From positions 62,001 through 126,000 of the IMG/VR virus record IMGVR_UViG_3300032116_000004: a stretch of DNA of 64,000 nt; one strand, written 5' to 3'. A program made the position numbers and the translations under genes. Positions within the stretch are counted from its first letter, which is position 1; every line of letters starts with the position of its first letter. The notes beneath the pieces are model-generated. The model saw nothing but the letters and a program-made list of their open reading frames with translations. It searched no databases and had not been told where the DNA came from. Below, one piece after another: positions 30,049 through 39,456 of the stretch.

Positions 30049-30678
30049 ATGTTAGAAACCATATGTGAAACATTAGTAGAGGCATACCGCCGCAACTGGA
30101 TCACCAGTCGAGACGGCAACGTCAGCATTCGGCATCATGATCGAGATCATTTCTACATCACACCATCAGGAGTGAGAAAGCAGACCCTACAACCAGACCA
30201 GTTCAAGAAGATCATGATTCTTGAAAATGGTCCAGTGTCTCTCTGGCGAGAAGATTATTACACTGACATCAGCGCCAATCTCAAACCCAGCGGCGAGATT
30301 CCTTTGCACTTTGGACTGCAACGACGCATGGGACAACATGCCTCGGAGGTGCGTGTGGTAGTTCACTTGCATCCAACATACTGTGTGGCGGCCATGCACC
30401 GTGGCATCAATTTAGGCGACATTGTTGCGGACTTTCCAGAACTCAGTAGATATACCAAGGTAGCACCCAATGTGGGAGATGTGCCGCCTATAAGCCAAGA
30501 ACTGGCAGATCGTTGCCACGAAAATTTACAATTAGATCAACAAGGCAACATCGCCTTTGACATCGTGGGCATCCGTGGACATGGTGTGGTTGCTATCGAT
30601 ACCTCACCGTGGCGTGCGTTTGAACACATAGAACGGCTGGAACATATCTGCAAGATAGTGTTGGCCTCGGGAGCGTGA
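30049..30678 (+). CDS. Class II aldolase/adducin family protein
   Basis: DGNVS.R, ITPSG, PSGE..LH, HLHP, GHG. Confidence 0.88.
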   Translation: MLETICETLVEAYRRNWITSRDGNVSIRHHDRDHFYITPSGVRKQTLQPDQFKKIMILENGPVSLWREDYYTDISANLKPSGEIPLHFGLQRRMGQHASEVRVVVHLHPTYCVAAMHRGINLGDIVADFPELSRYTKVAPNVGDVPPISQELADRCHENLQLDQQGNIAFDIVGIRGHGVVAIDTSPWRAFEHIERLEHICKIVLASGA

Positions 30679-31289
30679 TGCAGTTCGTCAGCGATCGCGA
30701 CGTGTATGACTCATGCCCACCACAGTGGTTGTGGGTCTATGACAAACTCATAGTGGCACGAAGACAGGGCATCGCCGCTGGACCGGCTGGTATTCCCGTA
30801 CCATGGTCCGGAGAATATGTGATAAGACCTATCACCAACATCCGCATGATGAGTCGAGGTGCGCAGATCGTGTGGATGGAAAAAGGTGACAGTGACACAG
30901 TGCCCGATGGATTTTTCTGGACCCAGGTGCTCGAAGGTCCGCATGTGTCAGTGGACTACCATTGGGGCCAACAGCATCTCACGGTGCAAGGTTTCAGAGA
31001 TGATCCTCGGAGATTGGATCGTTTTTCACGGTGGTGTCGAACGGATTTAGATCGGCCTTTTCCTGGGATGTTGCACGATCTCAAGTATTATCAGGAATGG
31101 ATCAACGTAGAATACATCGGCGATACAGTGATCGAAGTGCATCTACGATACAATGATGATTTCGCCAATCATGATAGTGATGAGATCTGGCCTGTATGGC
31201 CCGAATCCAGCCAACAACAGCCTCCCGGTACACAGTGGTATCACAGCCCTGCTGGTAGTAGATTGGGCTTCTGGATCAAGGATAAGTAA
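30675..31289 (+). CDS. Conserved phage protein, possible ATP-grasp-like fold
   Basis: YVIRPI.N..M, H.SVDY, INVE.I...IEVHLR. Confidence 0.55.
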   Translation: MMQFVSDRDVYDSCPPQWLWVYDKLIVARRQGIAAGPAGIPVPWSGEYVIRPITNIRMMSRGAQIVWMEKGDSDTVPDGFFWTQVLEGPHVSVDYHWGQQHLTVQGFRDDPRRLDRFSRWCRTDLDRPFPGMLHDLKYYQEWINVEYIGDTVIEVHLRYNDDFANHDSDEIWPVWPESSQQQPPGTQWYHSPAGSRLGFWIKDK

Positions 31290-31293
31290 TTTG

Positions 31294-32004
31294 ATGCTCC
31301 TATTCATATACATCCTGGTGATGACACACATCACCATAGCTTGTGTCACACTTTACTTGCATCGTAGCCAGGCACATAGAGGTGTGACATTTGATCCACG
31401 TGTGGCACATTTCATGAGATTTTGGCTGTGGCTCACCACAGGCATGGTCACCAAACAGTGGGTGGCCACACACAGAAAACATCACAGATTCACTGACGCG
31501 GAAGGTGATCCGCACAGTCCGCAAAATGAAGGAATTTGGCAGATTTTATTAGGCGGTGCTTTTTACTATGCCTGGGCCGCAAAAGACAAAGCCATGGTCA
31601 ACCAGTATGGTGTGGGCACGCCCGATGACTGGGTAGAGCGTCACATCTATGCACCATTCAACTGGTTGGGGGTGACCTTGATGTTCTTTATCAACTGCAT
31701 GATTTGGGGCTGGGACTGGGGTTGGTTGCCTTGGCTATGGCAGATGATTTGGATCCCACTGTGGGCAGCCGGCGTCATAAACGGCCTGGGACACTGGTGG
31801 GGTTATAGGAACACTCAAACCAAAGACTATTCCACTAATATTGTGCCCTGGGCATTCTTCATCGGTGGTGAAGAACTACACAACAATCATCATGCTGATC
31901 CAGCTTCGCCTAAACTCAGCCAAAAACCCTGGGAATGGGATCTAGGATGGACTTATATCAAAGGGCTAGAACGATTTGGTTTGGCCTACAACATCAAGTC
32001 TTAG
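31294..32004 (+). CDS. Membrane fatty acid (acyl-CoA delta-9-type) desaturase
   Basis: His boxes HRSQAH, HRKHH, HNNHH; DPHSP. Confidence 0.92.
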   Translation: MLLFIYILVMTHITIACVTLYLHRSQAHRGVTFDPRVAHFMRFWLWLTTGMVTKQWVATHRKHHRFTDAEGDPHSPQNEGIWQILLGGAFYYAWAAKDKAMVNQYGVGTPDDWVERHIYAPFNWLGVTLMFFINCMIWGWDWGWLPWLWQMIWIPLWAAGVINGLGHWWGYRNTQTKDYSTNIVPWAFFIGGEELHNNHHADPASPKLSQKPWEWDLGWTYIKGLERFGLAYNIKS

Positions 32005-32374
32005 AAAACTTCATATTGATCGTGCCACCGGATTCAAATCCGTTCCAAGGCACCACAGTGGCTCCACCGTTTTGGGTCTGTGAGAATCCTGTGCCATTGA
32101 CATCGGCATCCAAGCGGATGGTCTGATCCGTGGGTGCCATCCAGCCACGGTCCATGTATACTCCGGCCATGGGACCATAGGCCACTGAACCTTGCATATA
32201 CCACTGTTCCGGAACTGTCCAAAAACGCAAGGCGTTGGTATTGTTTGGATCAGATGTGGTCCAGGACCATGACTGACCAGGTGCGATAGTAGTTAAATCA
32301 CCCACTGTGTTGTGGTTAACGGTTAGGTTATATTGGGTGTTGTTGACGATGTTGAGTGTAGCAGTCCAAGCCAT
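31994..32374 (-). CDS. Hypothetical beta-rich protein
   Basis: GGAGG RBS; Thr/Asn/Trp-rich. Confidence 0.6.
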   Translation of the reverse strand: MAWTATLNIVNNTQYNLTVNHNTVGDLTTIAPGQSWSWTTSDPNNTNALRFWTVPEQWYMQGSVAYGPMAGVYMDRGWMAPTDQTIRLDADVNGTGFSQTQNGGATVVPWNGFESGGTINMKFSKT

Positions 32375-32429
32375 GCAGTCCTCCATTTTGATAAAATTAC
32401 TTAGCCAAAACACTATTATCTGGGTAGAT

Positions 32430-32465
32430 TAATTATTGTGCAGTGCAATAATTATCATATATAAT
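32430..32465 (+). promoter_or_regulatory. Phasin promoter with PhaR-box-like TGCAGTGCA over the -35
   Basis: TAATTATTG-TGCAGTG-CAATAATTA inverted repeat; TATAAT at 32460-32465. Confidence 0.6.
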
Positions 32466-32473
32466 AGTTCAAA

Positions 32474-32541
32474 GGAGATGCCGCATGGGGCGGGTCTCTA
32501 GCAGTAAACTCGCTTAACTCAAGGAGAAACACTATGTTTAC
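32474..32541 (+). ncRNA. ROSE-like RNA thermometer in the phasin 5' UTR
   Basis: GGAGAT..GTCTCT hairpin, then GTAAAC/GTTTAC stem enclosing CTCGCTT opposite AAGGAG. Confidence 0.6.
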
Positions 32542-32809
32542 ATTAGACGCGACCATCGATGCAGTCCAGACCGGCAAGAAGCAATTTGTCAAGACTTTCG
32601 TAACTGACGAAAAGATTGCCACAGCATTGAATGAGTTCATTGACAACCAATCCGAATATACCAAAAAAGCCGCCAAGGCCACTTTGGATGCTGGCACCAC
32701 GGTTGTGCAAGAAACCATCAAGCATGCCCAGGAAGCCGCTAAATTTGACTATGTCAAATTCGGTGAGGGTATCATGAAAGCCTACACATCCCAGACCAAA
32801 ACCAAGTAA
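32534..32809 (+). CDS. Phasin-like (PHA granule-associated) protein
   Basis: Amphipathic Ala/Lys/Thr-rich helix (IDAVQTGKKQFVKTFV..LNEFID.Q.EYTK); family assignment from memory. Confidence 0.55.
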   Translation: MFTLDATIDAVQTGKKQFVKTFVTDEKIATALNEFIDNQSEYTKKAAKATLDAGTTVVQETIKHAQEAAKFDYVKFGEGIMKAYTSQTKTK

Positions 32810-32837
32810 TTTGGTAAAAAAACGGTTAACCGGTCAC

Positions 32838-32886
32838 TAGACCAAAAATCCTACTTGTGTAATAATACACACATAGTAGGATTTTT
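32838..32886 (+). promoter_or_regulatory. Promoter embedded in a long inverted repeat (may also terminate phasin mRNA)
   Basis: AAAAATCCTACT/AGTAGGATTTTT arms with inner TGTGT/ACACA; TAGACC-17-AATAAT. Confidence 0.5.
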
Positions 32887-32911
32887 TATGACCAATCTTT
32901 AAGGAGTTCGC

Positions 32912-33037
32912 ATGAAGCACTTGGTTTTTGCAGTATTGGTGGCCAGCCTTTTGGTTGGTTGTGGCACGATCGGTGGCGCGGTTTCCGGCGCCGGCCAAGA
33001 TCTTTCCAAAGCCGGAGAATGGATCAAAAACAAATGA
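32912..33037 (+). CDS. Entericidin EcnA/B-like lipoprotein
   Basis: LVGC lipobox, T.GG..SG.GQD...AG; AAGGAG RBS; not in the ORF track. Confidence 0.75.
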   Translation: MKHLVFAVLVASLLVGCGTIGGAVSGAGQDLSKAGEWIKNK

Positions 33038-33714
33038 ACAAGTCAATCCTAGCCATGGCCTTGATCGCCGCCCTGGGTCTTTCGGCCTGTAGTTCTACCA
33101 AGACCACAGACGTAGGTCCCAATCGCACAGTGAACCCAGGCCCACAACAGGCTATCTCTGAGCAACGTGCCGCATCGGACTTCAAACGTGAAGGTGTCAA
33201 AGTCATCTATTCACTGTTGGGTGACCTGGATGCTGTAGAAGCCACTGGCTATGCTCCAGTTCAAGGCAACTCGGAACGTGCAGTGCAATCGGCCACCGAA
33301 GCGGCCTATGTGCTGGCCAAAGATCGCATGAGTTCGTTCTTGCATCCTGAGACCATCAATTCCAAAAGGTTCCTGGACACAGTGACCAAGAATTTAGAAA
33401 AGGCTCGCGACAACAAGACCAACAAGTTCGCCACAAACAAGAATCAGGATTTCGCTTTTGAAACATCTGATGAAGAAGCCGCTCGATCTGGCGAGATCAA
33501 TCGCGAAGAGAACACAGCCGTGCGCAACGATGCTGTGAACATCCAGAGCAATCTACGCAAAACAGTATCTATCCAGCGTTCAGGTATCTTGGGCGGTGTG
33601 GTATTCAAAGAAGGCCGCATCATCAATGATGGTCGCAACGTGCAGGTAACAGTGCGTTGGGATAGGAAAGACAACAGCCAGCGCCGGATCATACTCAATG
33701 AAATGATGCGATAA
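33034..33714 (+). CDS. Lipoprotein (LPP20-like)
   Basis: LSAC lipobox; EATGYA..A...A...AK pattern. Confidence 0.65.
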   Translation: MNKSILAMALIAALGLSACSSTKTTDVGPNRTVNPGPQQAISEQRAASDFKREGVKVIYSLLGDLDAVEATGYAPVQGNSERAVQSATEAAYVLAKDRMSSFLHPETINSKRFLDTVTKNLEKARDNKTNKFATNKNQDFAFETSDEEAARSGEINREENTAVRNDAVNIQSNLRKTVSIQRSGILGGVVFKEGRIINDGRNVQVTVRWDRKDNSQRRIILNEMMR

Positions 33715-34814
33715 TGCGTATTGTCGCTCTAGCACTGGCCACTACCTTGTTGGTCAGTGCGCCAGTGGTGGCACAGAGTGCCCCTGATTCGCTGAAGCCC
33801 AATCCTGTCAGCATCATCATACAGGTGGTTCCTTGGTTGCTCAAAGATGGCCATCCACATTACTTCGTGACCGCACGAGGGCATGGGCGCACCACAGAAG
33901 AAGCCCGCATACAGGCCCTGAGAGCCGCGGTGGATCAAGCAGTGGGGTCGGTCATAGCATCCGAACGCGAAGTGCAAGATCGAACACTGACAAGATCTGA
34001 AGTGGTAGCCCATGCGGCCGGTTTCGTGGACAGTTATGAAGTCAAAAGCGTAGAGCAACAAAACGGTCTAGTGGTCATGACCGTGGATGTGTGGGTGCGC
34101 CGCAGCCGATTGGCTGATCGTTTGTTGGGCGAACATCGAAAACCCGGACACATAGACAACGATCGTTTGACTGCCCAGGCCCAAACTCTAGATCACAGCC
34201 GCAAAAATGGCGATGCTCTGTTGCGCCAGGTCTTGGTGGATTTTCCGCACCGGGCCTATGACATAGAAAAACTGCCATCCAGGGTGTATTACAGTGACGA
34301 TCGCCAGAAGAAACTGGAGTTGAATTTCGTGGTGCGCTGGCGCCCCACCTATGTGCAAAGCCTCAACGAAGCACTGGGCCAGGTGAGCCAAAACGCCAAT
34401 GCCGGAGACTGCCTGGGCAGATATCGCCGTGATTGCCAATATCAAGGCTACGTCACTATCAAGGCCCGACCGGGCACACATGGATGGAGCCGGACCGCGG
34501 CTTTTGATGATTCCATAACGCTGGCCTTGGTGCGCCAACACTTGATACACAGCAGACCCGCGGTGTTGTTTACTTTTTGGGACCAAAATCGCAACATGAT
34601 CTGGCGTGGATGCCATCGTTATTCGGATCTGGACAATCAGCAAGCGGGCATGCTGAACAATGAACGCTTGGCGCAACCCACGGATCAAGGGGTGCAGATC
34701 AATACCTATATTGGATGGGCGGGCCGAGCAGGATTTAACCTTGACAGCGCCAACCCACCCGCTTTAGATCGCTACGAAATCGCAGTGGTGCGCGGAGATC
34801 AGTGCCCTAATTAA
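33714..34814 (+). CDS. Exported protein with LPP20/FlgT-N-like domain
   Basis: Signal peptide; G.G.T.EEA...ALR.AV.QAVG. Confidence 0.6.
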   Translation: MRIVALALATTLLVSAPVVAQSAPDSLKPNPVSIIIQVVPWLLKDGHPHYFVTARGHGRTTEEARIQALRAAVDQAVGSVIASEREVQDRTLTRSEVVAHAAGFVDSYEVKSVEQQNGLVVMTVDVWVRRSRLADRLLGEHRKPGHIDNDRLTAQAQTLDHSRKNGDALLRQVLVDFPHRAYDIEKLPSRVYYSDDRQKKLELNFVVRWRPTYVQSLNEALGQVSQNANAGDCLGRYRRDCQYQGYVTIKARPGTHGWSRTAAFDDSITLALVRQHLIHSRPAVLFTFWDQNRNMIWRGCHRYSDLDNQQAGMLNNERLAQPTDQGVQINTYIGWAGRAGFNLDSANPPALDRYEIAVVRGDQCPN

Positions 34815-34905
34815 ACTAGCCTATTTTGGATTTGCTCATAAGTAGTATGCAATCCAAAAAAATTTGTTATAATATGCGTATATAACGAATTCACTACTCA
34901 AAAAT

Positions 34906-35487
34906 ATGTCGACCATGATCCAAGACAAAGACGATGTTGCATACTCGCCAGGTGACGATCTCAAAAAAAGTGGCATCTACACTTTTATGGGTGAAGTAGA
35001 CGCTGAGTCCATGTTGCCCATCATTGAGTGGATCTTGCATGAAAACTACATAGTCAAGAAAAAGAAAAAAGAACTCATACTGATGATCTGCAGTCGTGGC
35101 GGAGACATGGAAGAGGCCTTTGCGCTGATCGATGTCATGAACAGCAGTTCGATCCCCATCAAAACCGTGGGCCTGGGTCAGATAGCCAGTTGTGGTCTGT
35201 TGATATTCCTGGCAGGCACCAAAACTCGCAGAGTGCTCACGCCCAACACTTCCATACTCAGCCACCAGTATTCATGGGGCAGTGATGGCAAGCATCACGA
35301 ACTGTTTGCTATAACCAAGGAATTTGGATTGGCCCAACAACGGATGATCGATCACTACAGTGCTACCACTGGGCTGGATGAAGATACCATCAAAACCAAA
35401 TTGTTGCCTGCCAATGATGTTTGGCTCAGCGCCGAGGAAGCACTGGCACTGGGCATCTGTGATCACATAGCCAACGTCAGCCGTTAG
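34906..35487 (+). CDS. Divergent ClpP-family (S14) protease
   Basis: ICSRGG, GQIASCG (Ser), ILSHQ (His), DVWLSAEEA (Asp). Confidence 0.88.
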   Translation: MSTMIQDKDDVAYSPGDDLKKSGIYTFMGEVDAESMLPIIEWILHENYIVKKKKKELILMICSRGGDMEEAFALIDVMNSSSIPIKTVGLGQIASCGLLIFLAGTKTRRVLTPNTSILSHQYSWGSDGKHHELFAITKEFGLAQQRMIDHYSATTGLDEDTIKTKLLPANDVWLSAEEALALGICDHIANVSR

Positions 35488-37040
35488 AAGTTCTTGCGGC
35501 GTTTTCTTCCTAGACCTCGTTCATCACCCACTGCCACTGTGTCTGACGCTTTGATGTCGGATCTTGGCGCTTGATAATCGGCGATGTCCTGATCGCTACC
35601 GGGTTCAGTGCCGCCTGATGTGTCTGCGTTGGCCACGGCCTTGGGTTCTTTGTTGATGTTGAACACCAACTTGCCACCCGAACTTGAAGTAGAACTGTAA
35701 CTCTTCTCTGCTTCTATGGTCACTTGTGTGAACAATTTGCTGGGCCACACAGTGCGGAAACCCTTGATGATGATGTCCGTGCCTTTCTTGGCAGCTTCAG
35801 TATACATCTGCACAAAGGCCGAATTGTTGAGGATGTCTGCGGCCGCGTCAGAGAAATTGGTTCTTGTGTTGATCTCGTTGCAGACTTTGTATGCCAGGCT
35901 GGCCACCATGTGCTCCAAAGGAACCACCTTGCTGGCATCTTTGACGGTTCTGTCATTGTAGATCTGGCGTAGATTGTCAGTCAATCCTTGGACCTTGCGG
36001 ATGTCCACAGACTGGGTCAAAGGCGTGAGCGTGGGTATGATGGCACCGGCTTCGGCTTCGTCGATGATACCCAACTGTGTGGCCAGTTCAATGGGTCCGC
36101 TCCAGTGATTGCCTTGTTCTATGGTTTCCAAGATATCTATCACTGATTGATATTGATCCACTATGTCTCCAAGGCCTGCATCGCGCAGTTCTCGGGCAGA
36201 CTTCAACAAGTTGATCACTGATGCCATGGCGCCTTTGGCGCCTTTGGAACTGAGTTTGATCTGCTTGCCATTGGGAGCGATCAACAGACTGTCAAACAGG
36301 CCACCACTCACGCCTTCGTTGAACGATACCACGCAATCAGAATAATTTCCACCCAAGAACACTTCGGCGGCTTTGCCAGCGTTGCCTGTGATGGGTTTGC
36401 CCTGGATCAAGGCCACGGGCTGTAGCATCTCGCAGAAGTAGTCCCGGAATCCGTTGAAATCAATGCCTTCGCCGGGCACGATGATGGGAAAGTCTGTGGC
36501 TTGGTAGAATATGCGAGTGGCTTGACCAATGGGGCTGTCTTCTCCGAACTTGGCCATGATCTGTTGATAGATAGATTCTGGTGTTTGGCTCCGGAATTCC
36601 GTGAGCACTTGGCTGGGCTTGTAACCCACAGTTTCTTTTTCGCCACGTGCTGTCTTGTAGGTAAACTCTCCAGGTATGTCTGCGGTCTGGAAAAATGTGT
36701 TCTTGGTCCGTATTGGGTTGATCTCTTTGGCAAATTTTACCAGGTATCTGCGGCCCACTGCTGTATCAAAAGTGGCCAAGCCAAATGCTTTGGTGCCGGC
36801 TGTGGGGCGATTTATGGGCTCTACACCGGGTTTTAGTTTGGCCTTGAGTTTGTCAAAAACCTGCATCATTTCTTCAGAACTGTCATAGGCACCAGATTCG
36901 GGATAGAATTGCAGGCCCTGGAACACTATGAGATCGTCTTGCTCTTTGCTCCCGGTGCGCACGAATTCCTCACCGGGATTCCTGGCGCTGAGTCCACGTG
37001 ATTCTTCTAGGTTTTCTATGATATCGATTAGGTTTCTCAT
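35484..37040 (-). CDS. Hypothetical, probably virion (internal head) protein
   Basis: MRNLIDIIENLEES leader typical of T4-type processed head proteins; TAAGTA upstream. Confidence 0.55.
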   Translation of the reverse strand: MRNLIDIIENLEESRGLSARNPGEEFVRTGSKEQDDLIVFQGLQFYPESGAYDSSEEMMQVFDKLKAKLKPGVEPINRPTAGTKAFGLATFDTAVGRRYLVKFAKEINPIRTKNTFFQTADIPGEFTYKTARGEKETVGYKPSQVLTEFRSQTPESIYQQIMAKFGEDSPIGQATRIFYQATDFPIIVPGEGIDFNGFRDYFCEMLQPVALIQGKPITGNAGKAAEVFLGGNYSDCVVSFNEGVSGGLFDSLLIAPNGKQIKLSSKGAKGAMASVINLLKSARELRDAGLGDIVDQYQSVIDILETIEQGNHWSGPIELATQLGIIDEAEAGAIIPTLTPLTQSVDIRKVQGLTDNLRQIYNDRTVKDASKVVPLEHMVASLAYKVCNEINTRTNFSDAAADILNNSAFVQMYTEAAKKGTDIIIKGFRTVWPSKLFTQVTIEAEKSYSSTSSSGGKLVFNINKEPKAVANADTSGGTEPGSDQDIADYQAPRSDIKASDTVAVGDERGLGRKRRKNF

Positions 37041-37070
37041 TGCAGATATTTTCAGTGTATGCTATACTTA
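37040..37070. promoter_or_regulatory. Overlapping divergent promoters
   Basis: Plus strand TTGCAG-17-TATACT (clpP); minus strand TAAGTA at 37065-37070. Confidence 0.5.
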
Positions 37071-37102
37071 TCTAGGATACTTACTTACAACAAGGAGAAA
37101 CA

Positions 37103-37693
37103 ATGCCCAATCTAGTGCCTATCGTGCTGGAACAGACTAGCCGTGGAGAACGCAGTTATGACATCTACAGCCGCCTGCTGAGAGATCGCATCATCATGCT
37201 GGATACAGACGTAAACTCACATTCAGCCAGCCTCATAGTGGCGCAGATGCTGTTCCTAGAAGCGGAAAATCCTGACAGAGACATCTTGTTCTATATCAAC
37301 TCACCAGGCGGGTCAATCACAGCGGGCATGAGCATCTATGATACCATGCAGTTCATCAAGTGTGATGTTTCTACCATAGTGTGTGGATTGGCCGCGTCGA
37401 TGGGCTCCATGCTGGCCTGCGCCGGCACTGCTGGCAAGCGGTTCATCCTGCCACACAGCCAGCACATGATCCATCAACCTCTGGGTGGAGCTGAAGGACA
37501 GGTCACTGAAGTGGAGATCCGTTACAAAGAACTCATGCGCTGGAAGAAGACCTTGACTGAACTCTATGTCCAGCACACCGGCAAAGACTATGCGACTCTG
37601 GAGAAAGATATGGATCGAGACAACTGGATGACAGCACAACAGGCCGTGGAGTATGGCCTAGCTGATCGCATCATCACCCAACGAGATGTCTAA
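37103..37693 (+). CDS. clpP: ClpP protease proteolytic subunit
   Basis: [46 protein letters not shown]. Confidence 0.97.
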   Translation: MPNLVPIVLEQTSRGERSYDIYSRLLRDRIIMLDTDVNSHSASLIVAQMLFLEAENPDRDILFYINSPGGSITAGMSIYDTMQFIKCDVSTIVCGLAASMGSMLACAGTAGKRFILPHSQHMIHQPLGGAEGQVTEVEIRYKELMRWKKTLTELYVQHTGKDYATLEKDMDRDNWMTAQQAVEYGLADRIITQRDV

Positions 37694-39008
37694 TCAAAGA
37701 ATATTCTGCAACAGCCCGTGGTATGAATTACATATCTACTGGGACGGCGCTTTGGCGTTTTGCTGTCATGCCACTCCCAATGTTCCCTATGATACATCGC
37801 TGAAACAGCGATACAACATCAGGAACATGTCCATAAAGGAGTGGTATGATTCTGTGCCCATGCGTGAAGCTAGATTACAAGTGCTAGGGGATCAGCAATG
37901 GAATCATTGTGCTAGATGCTGGCACGAAGAACAGGTCAGTGACACCAGTCGTCGGCATCGTAGCAATCAGAAATCAGTGATATTCACCAAGCAGAATTTT
38001 GCAGAAAGTTACCAGCAAAGTCCTGGGTTCGAAAAATTTGAACACAGTCGATCCAACGCAGGTGCATATGATGGCATGCCAATCGATCTGCACATTGATC
38101 TTGGCAACTACTGCAATCTCGCCTGCAAGATGTGTAACCCGTCAGCATCCAGCCGCATCGCCAGCCAACATCGTCAATGGAACATGATCAGTGCTGTATC
38201 ACAGGATTGGACCGCTGATCCAGAAGTATGGAATAGATTCCGCGAGGAGTTAGTATCAATATCCAAACTCAAGAACATACATTTCATGGGCGGGGAGACC
38301 ATAATACAACCTCGGTTCCATGATCTAGTGGATTTCCTGATCGATCATGGTCGCACAGATGTGTGCATGAGTTTCGTGACCAATGGCACTTCCTTTGACA
38401 AAAAGATCATCGAAAAACTCAAACGGTTCCCCAGGGTGGGTCTTGAGATCAGCATAGAAACTCTGGACACGCTCAATGAATACACTCGCCAGGGCACAGA
38501 TAATAGCATGGTGCTGGCCAACATCGAGAATTACATCAATGAGTGCAATGGCACCACGATCACAGTGACCTTGAGACCAGCACCGGGATTGCTGACAGTG
38601 CGCAGTTATTGGCAAGTCATTGAGTTGGCTTTGCAAAAGGGGTTGTTGATCAAAAGCAATCTCTGCACAGATCCAGATTTCCTTGATATCACTGTGGTAC
38701 CCAAAAACATAAGAGATCAGTATCGACTGCCATATCTTGATTTGTTGACAAGATATGCACTGGATGAAGCCGATGTGTGGTCTGACTATAACGAAAGTGA
38801 CCCCAACAACTTCCGCAGGGTGGCCAAAAATCAGATATTACAAATACTGCGGATATTGGATCTACCAGAACCTGATGATCGAGATCGTCGTTGGTCAGCA
38901 TTGGTACAGCATCTCGATCGCTGGGATCGTGTGTTTGGATTTGACGCTCGTGTGTTGTATCCAGAATTTGCCCACATACTTGACAAGCATGGCTACCTAC
39001 AGAACTAA
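37686..39008 (+). CDS. Radical SAM protein with N-terminal SPASM/Twitch-like Cys cluster
   Basis: [14 protein letters not shown]; N-terminal C..PW...CC...CxxC. Confidence 0.88.
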   Translation: MSNQRIFCNSPWYELHIYWDGALAFCCHATPNVPYDTSLKQRYNIRNMSIKEWYDSVPMREARLQVLGDQQWNHCARCWHEEQVSDTSRRHRSNQKSVIFTKQNFAESYQQSPGFEKFEHSRSNAGAYDGMPIDLHIDLGNYCNLACKMCNPSASSRIASQHRQWNMISAVSQDWTADPEVWNRFREELVSISKLKNIHFMGGETIIQPRFHDLVDFLIDHGRTDVCMSFVTNGTSFDKKIIEKLKRFPRVGLEISIETLDTLNEYTRQGTDNSMVLANIENYINECNGTTITVTLRPAPGLLTVRSYWQVIELALQKGLLIKSNLCTDPDFLDITVVPKNIRDQYRLPYLDLLTRYALDEADVWSDYNESDPNNFRRVAKNQILQILRILDLPEPDDRDRRWSALVQHLDRWDRVFGFDARVLYPEFAHILDKHGYLQN

Positions 39009-39456
39009 GATCGATATCGAAATCGATTCTGTGTGGCATGAGGAACTGCCTGAGATAATCGTGAAGATAGGCCCAGAATGGCGCTGGGCCGGCCCTCTCG
39101 AAAAAGCCACCCATTTTTCCCATACATGGGAATCCGGCAAAGGTGATGCCAAAGTTTCAGTTGAATTGCTCAACAAACAAGATTCAGACACAGTGGGGAA
39201 CAAAGACAAAGCCGTGGTAATAAAGGGTGTGAGATTAAACGATATCAGCACTGACAAATTACTATGGCAAGGACGTTATCGTCCTCGATACCCAGAACCC
39301 TGGGCCACTGAACAACGGAAGTCTGGACAGGATCTACCAGAATATCTATCTGCTCACACTTACCTGGGATGGAATGGAATCTGGACACTGGATTTCGACA
39401 TCCCAGTGTTTACTTGGATACACCGGATCGAGGATCTGGGTTGGATCTACGATTAG
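38989..39456 (+). CDS. Hypothetical protein
   Basis: Ends YLGWNG.W.L.F..PVFTWIH. Confidence 0.65.
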   Translation: MATYRTKIDIEIDSVWHEELPEIIVKIGPEWRWAGPLEKATHFSHTWESGKGDAKVSVELLNKQDSDTVGNKDKAVVIKGVRLNDISTDKLLWQGRYRPRYPEPWATEQRKSGQDLPEYLSAHTYLGWNGIWTLDFDIPVFTWIHRIEDLGWIYD

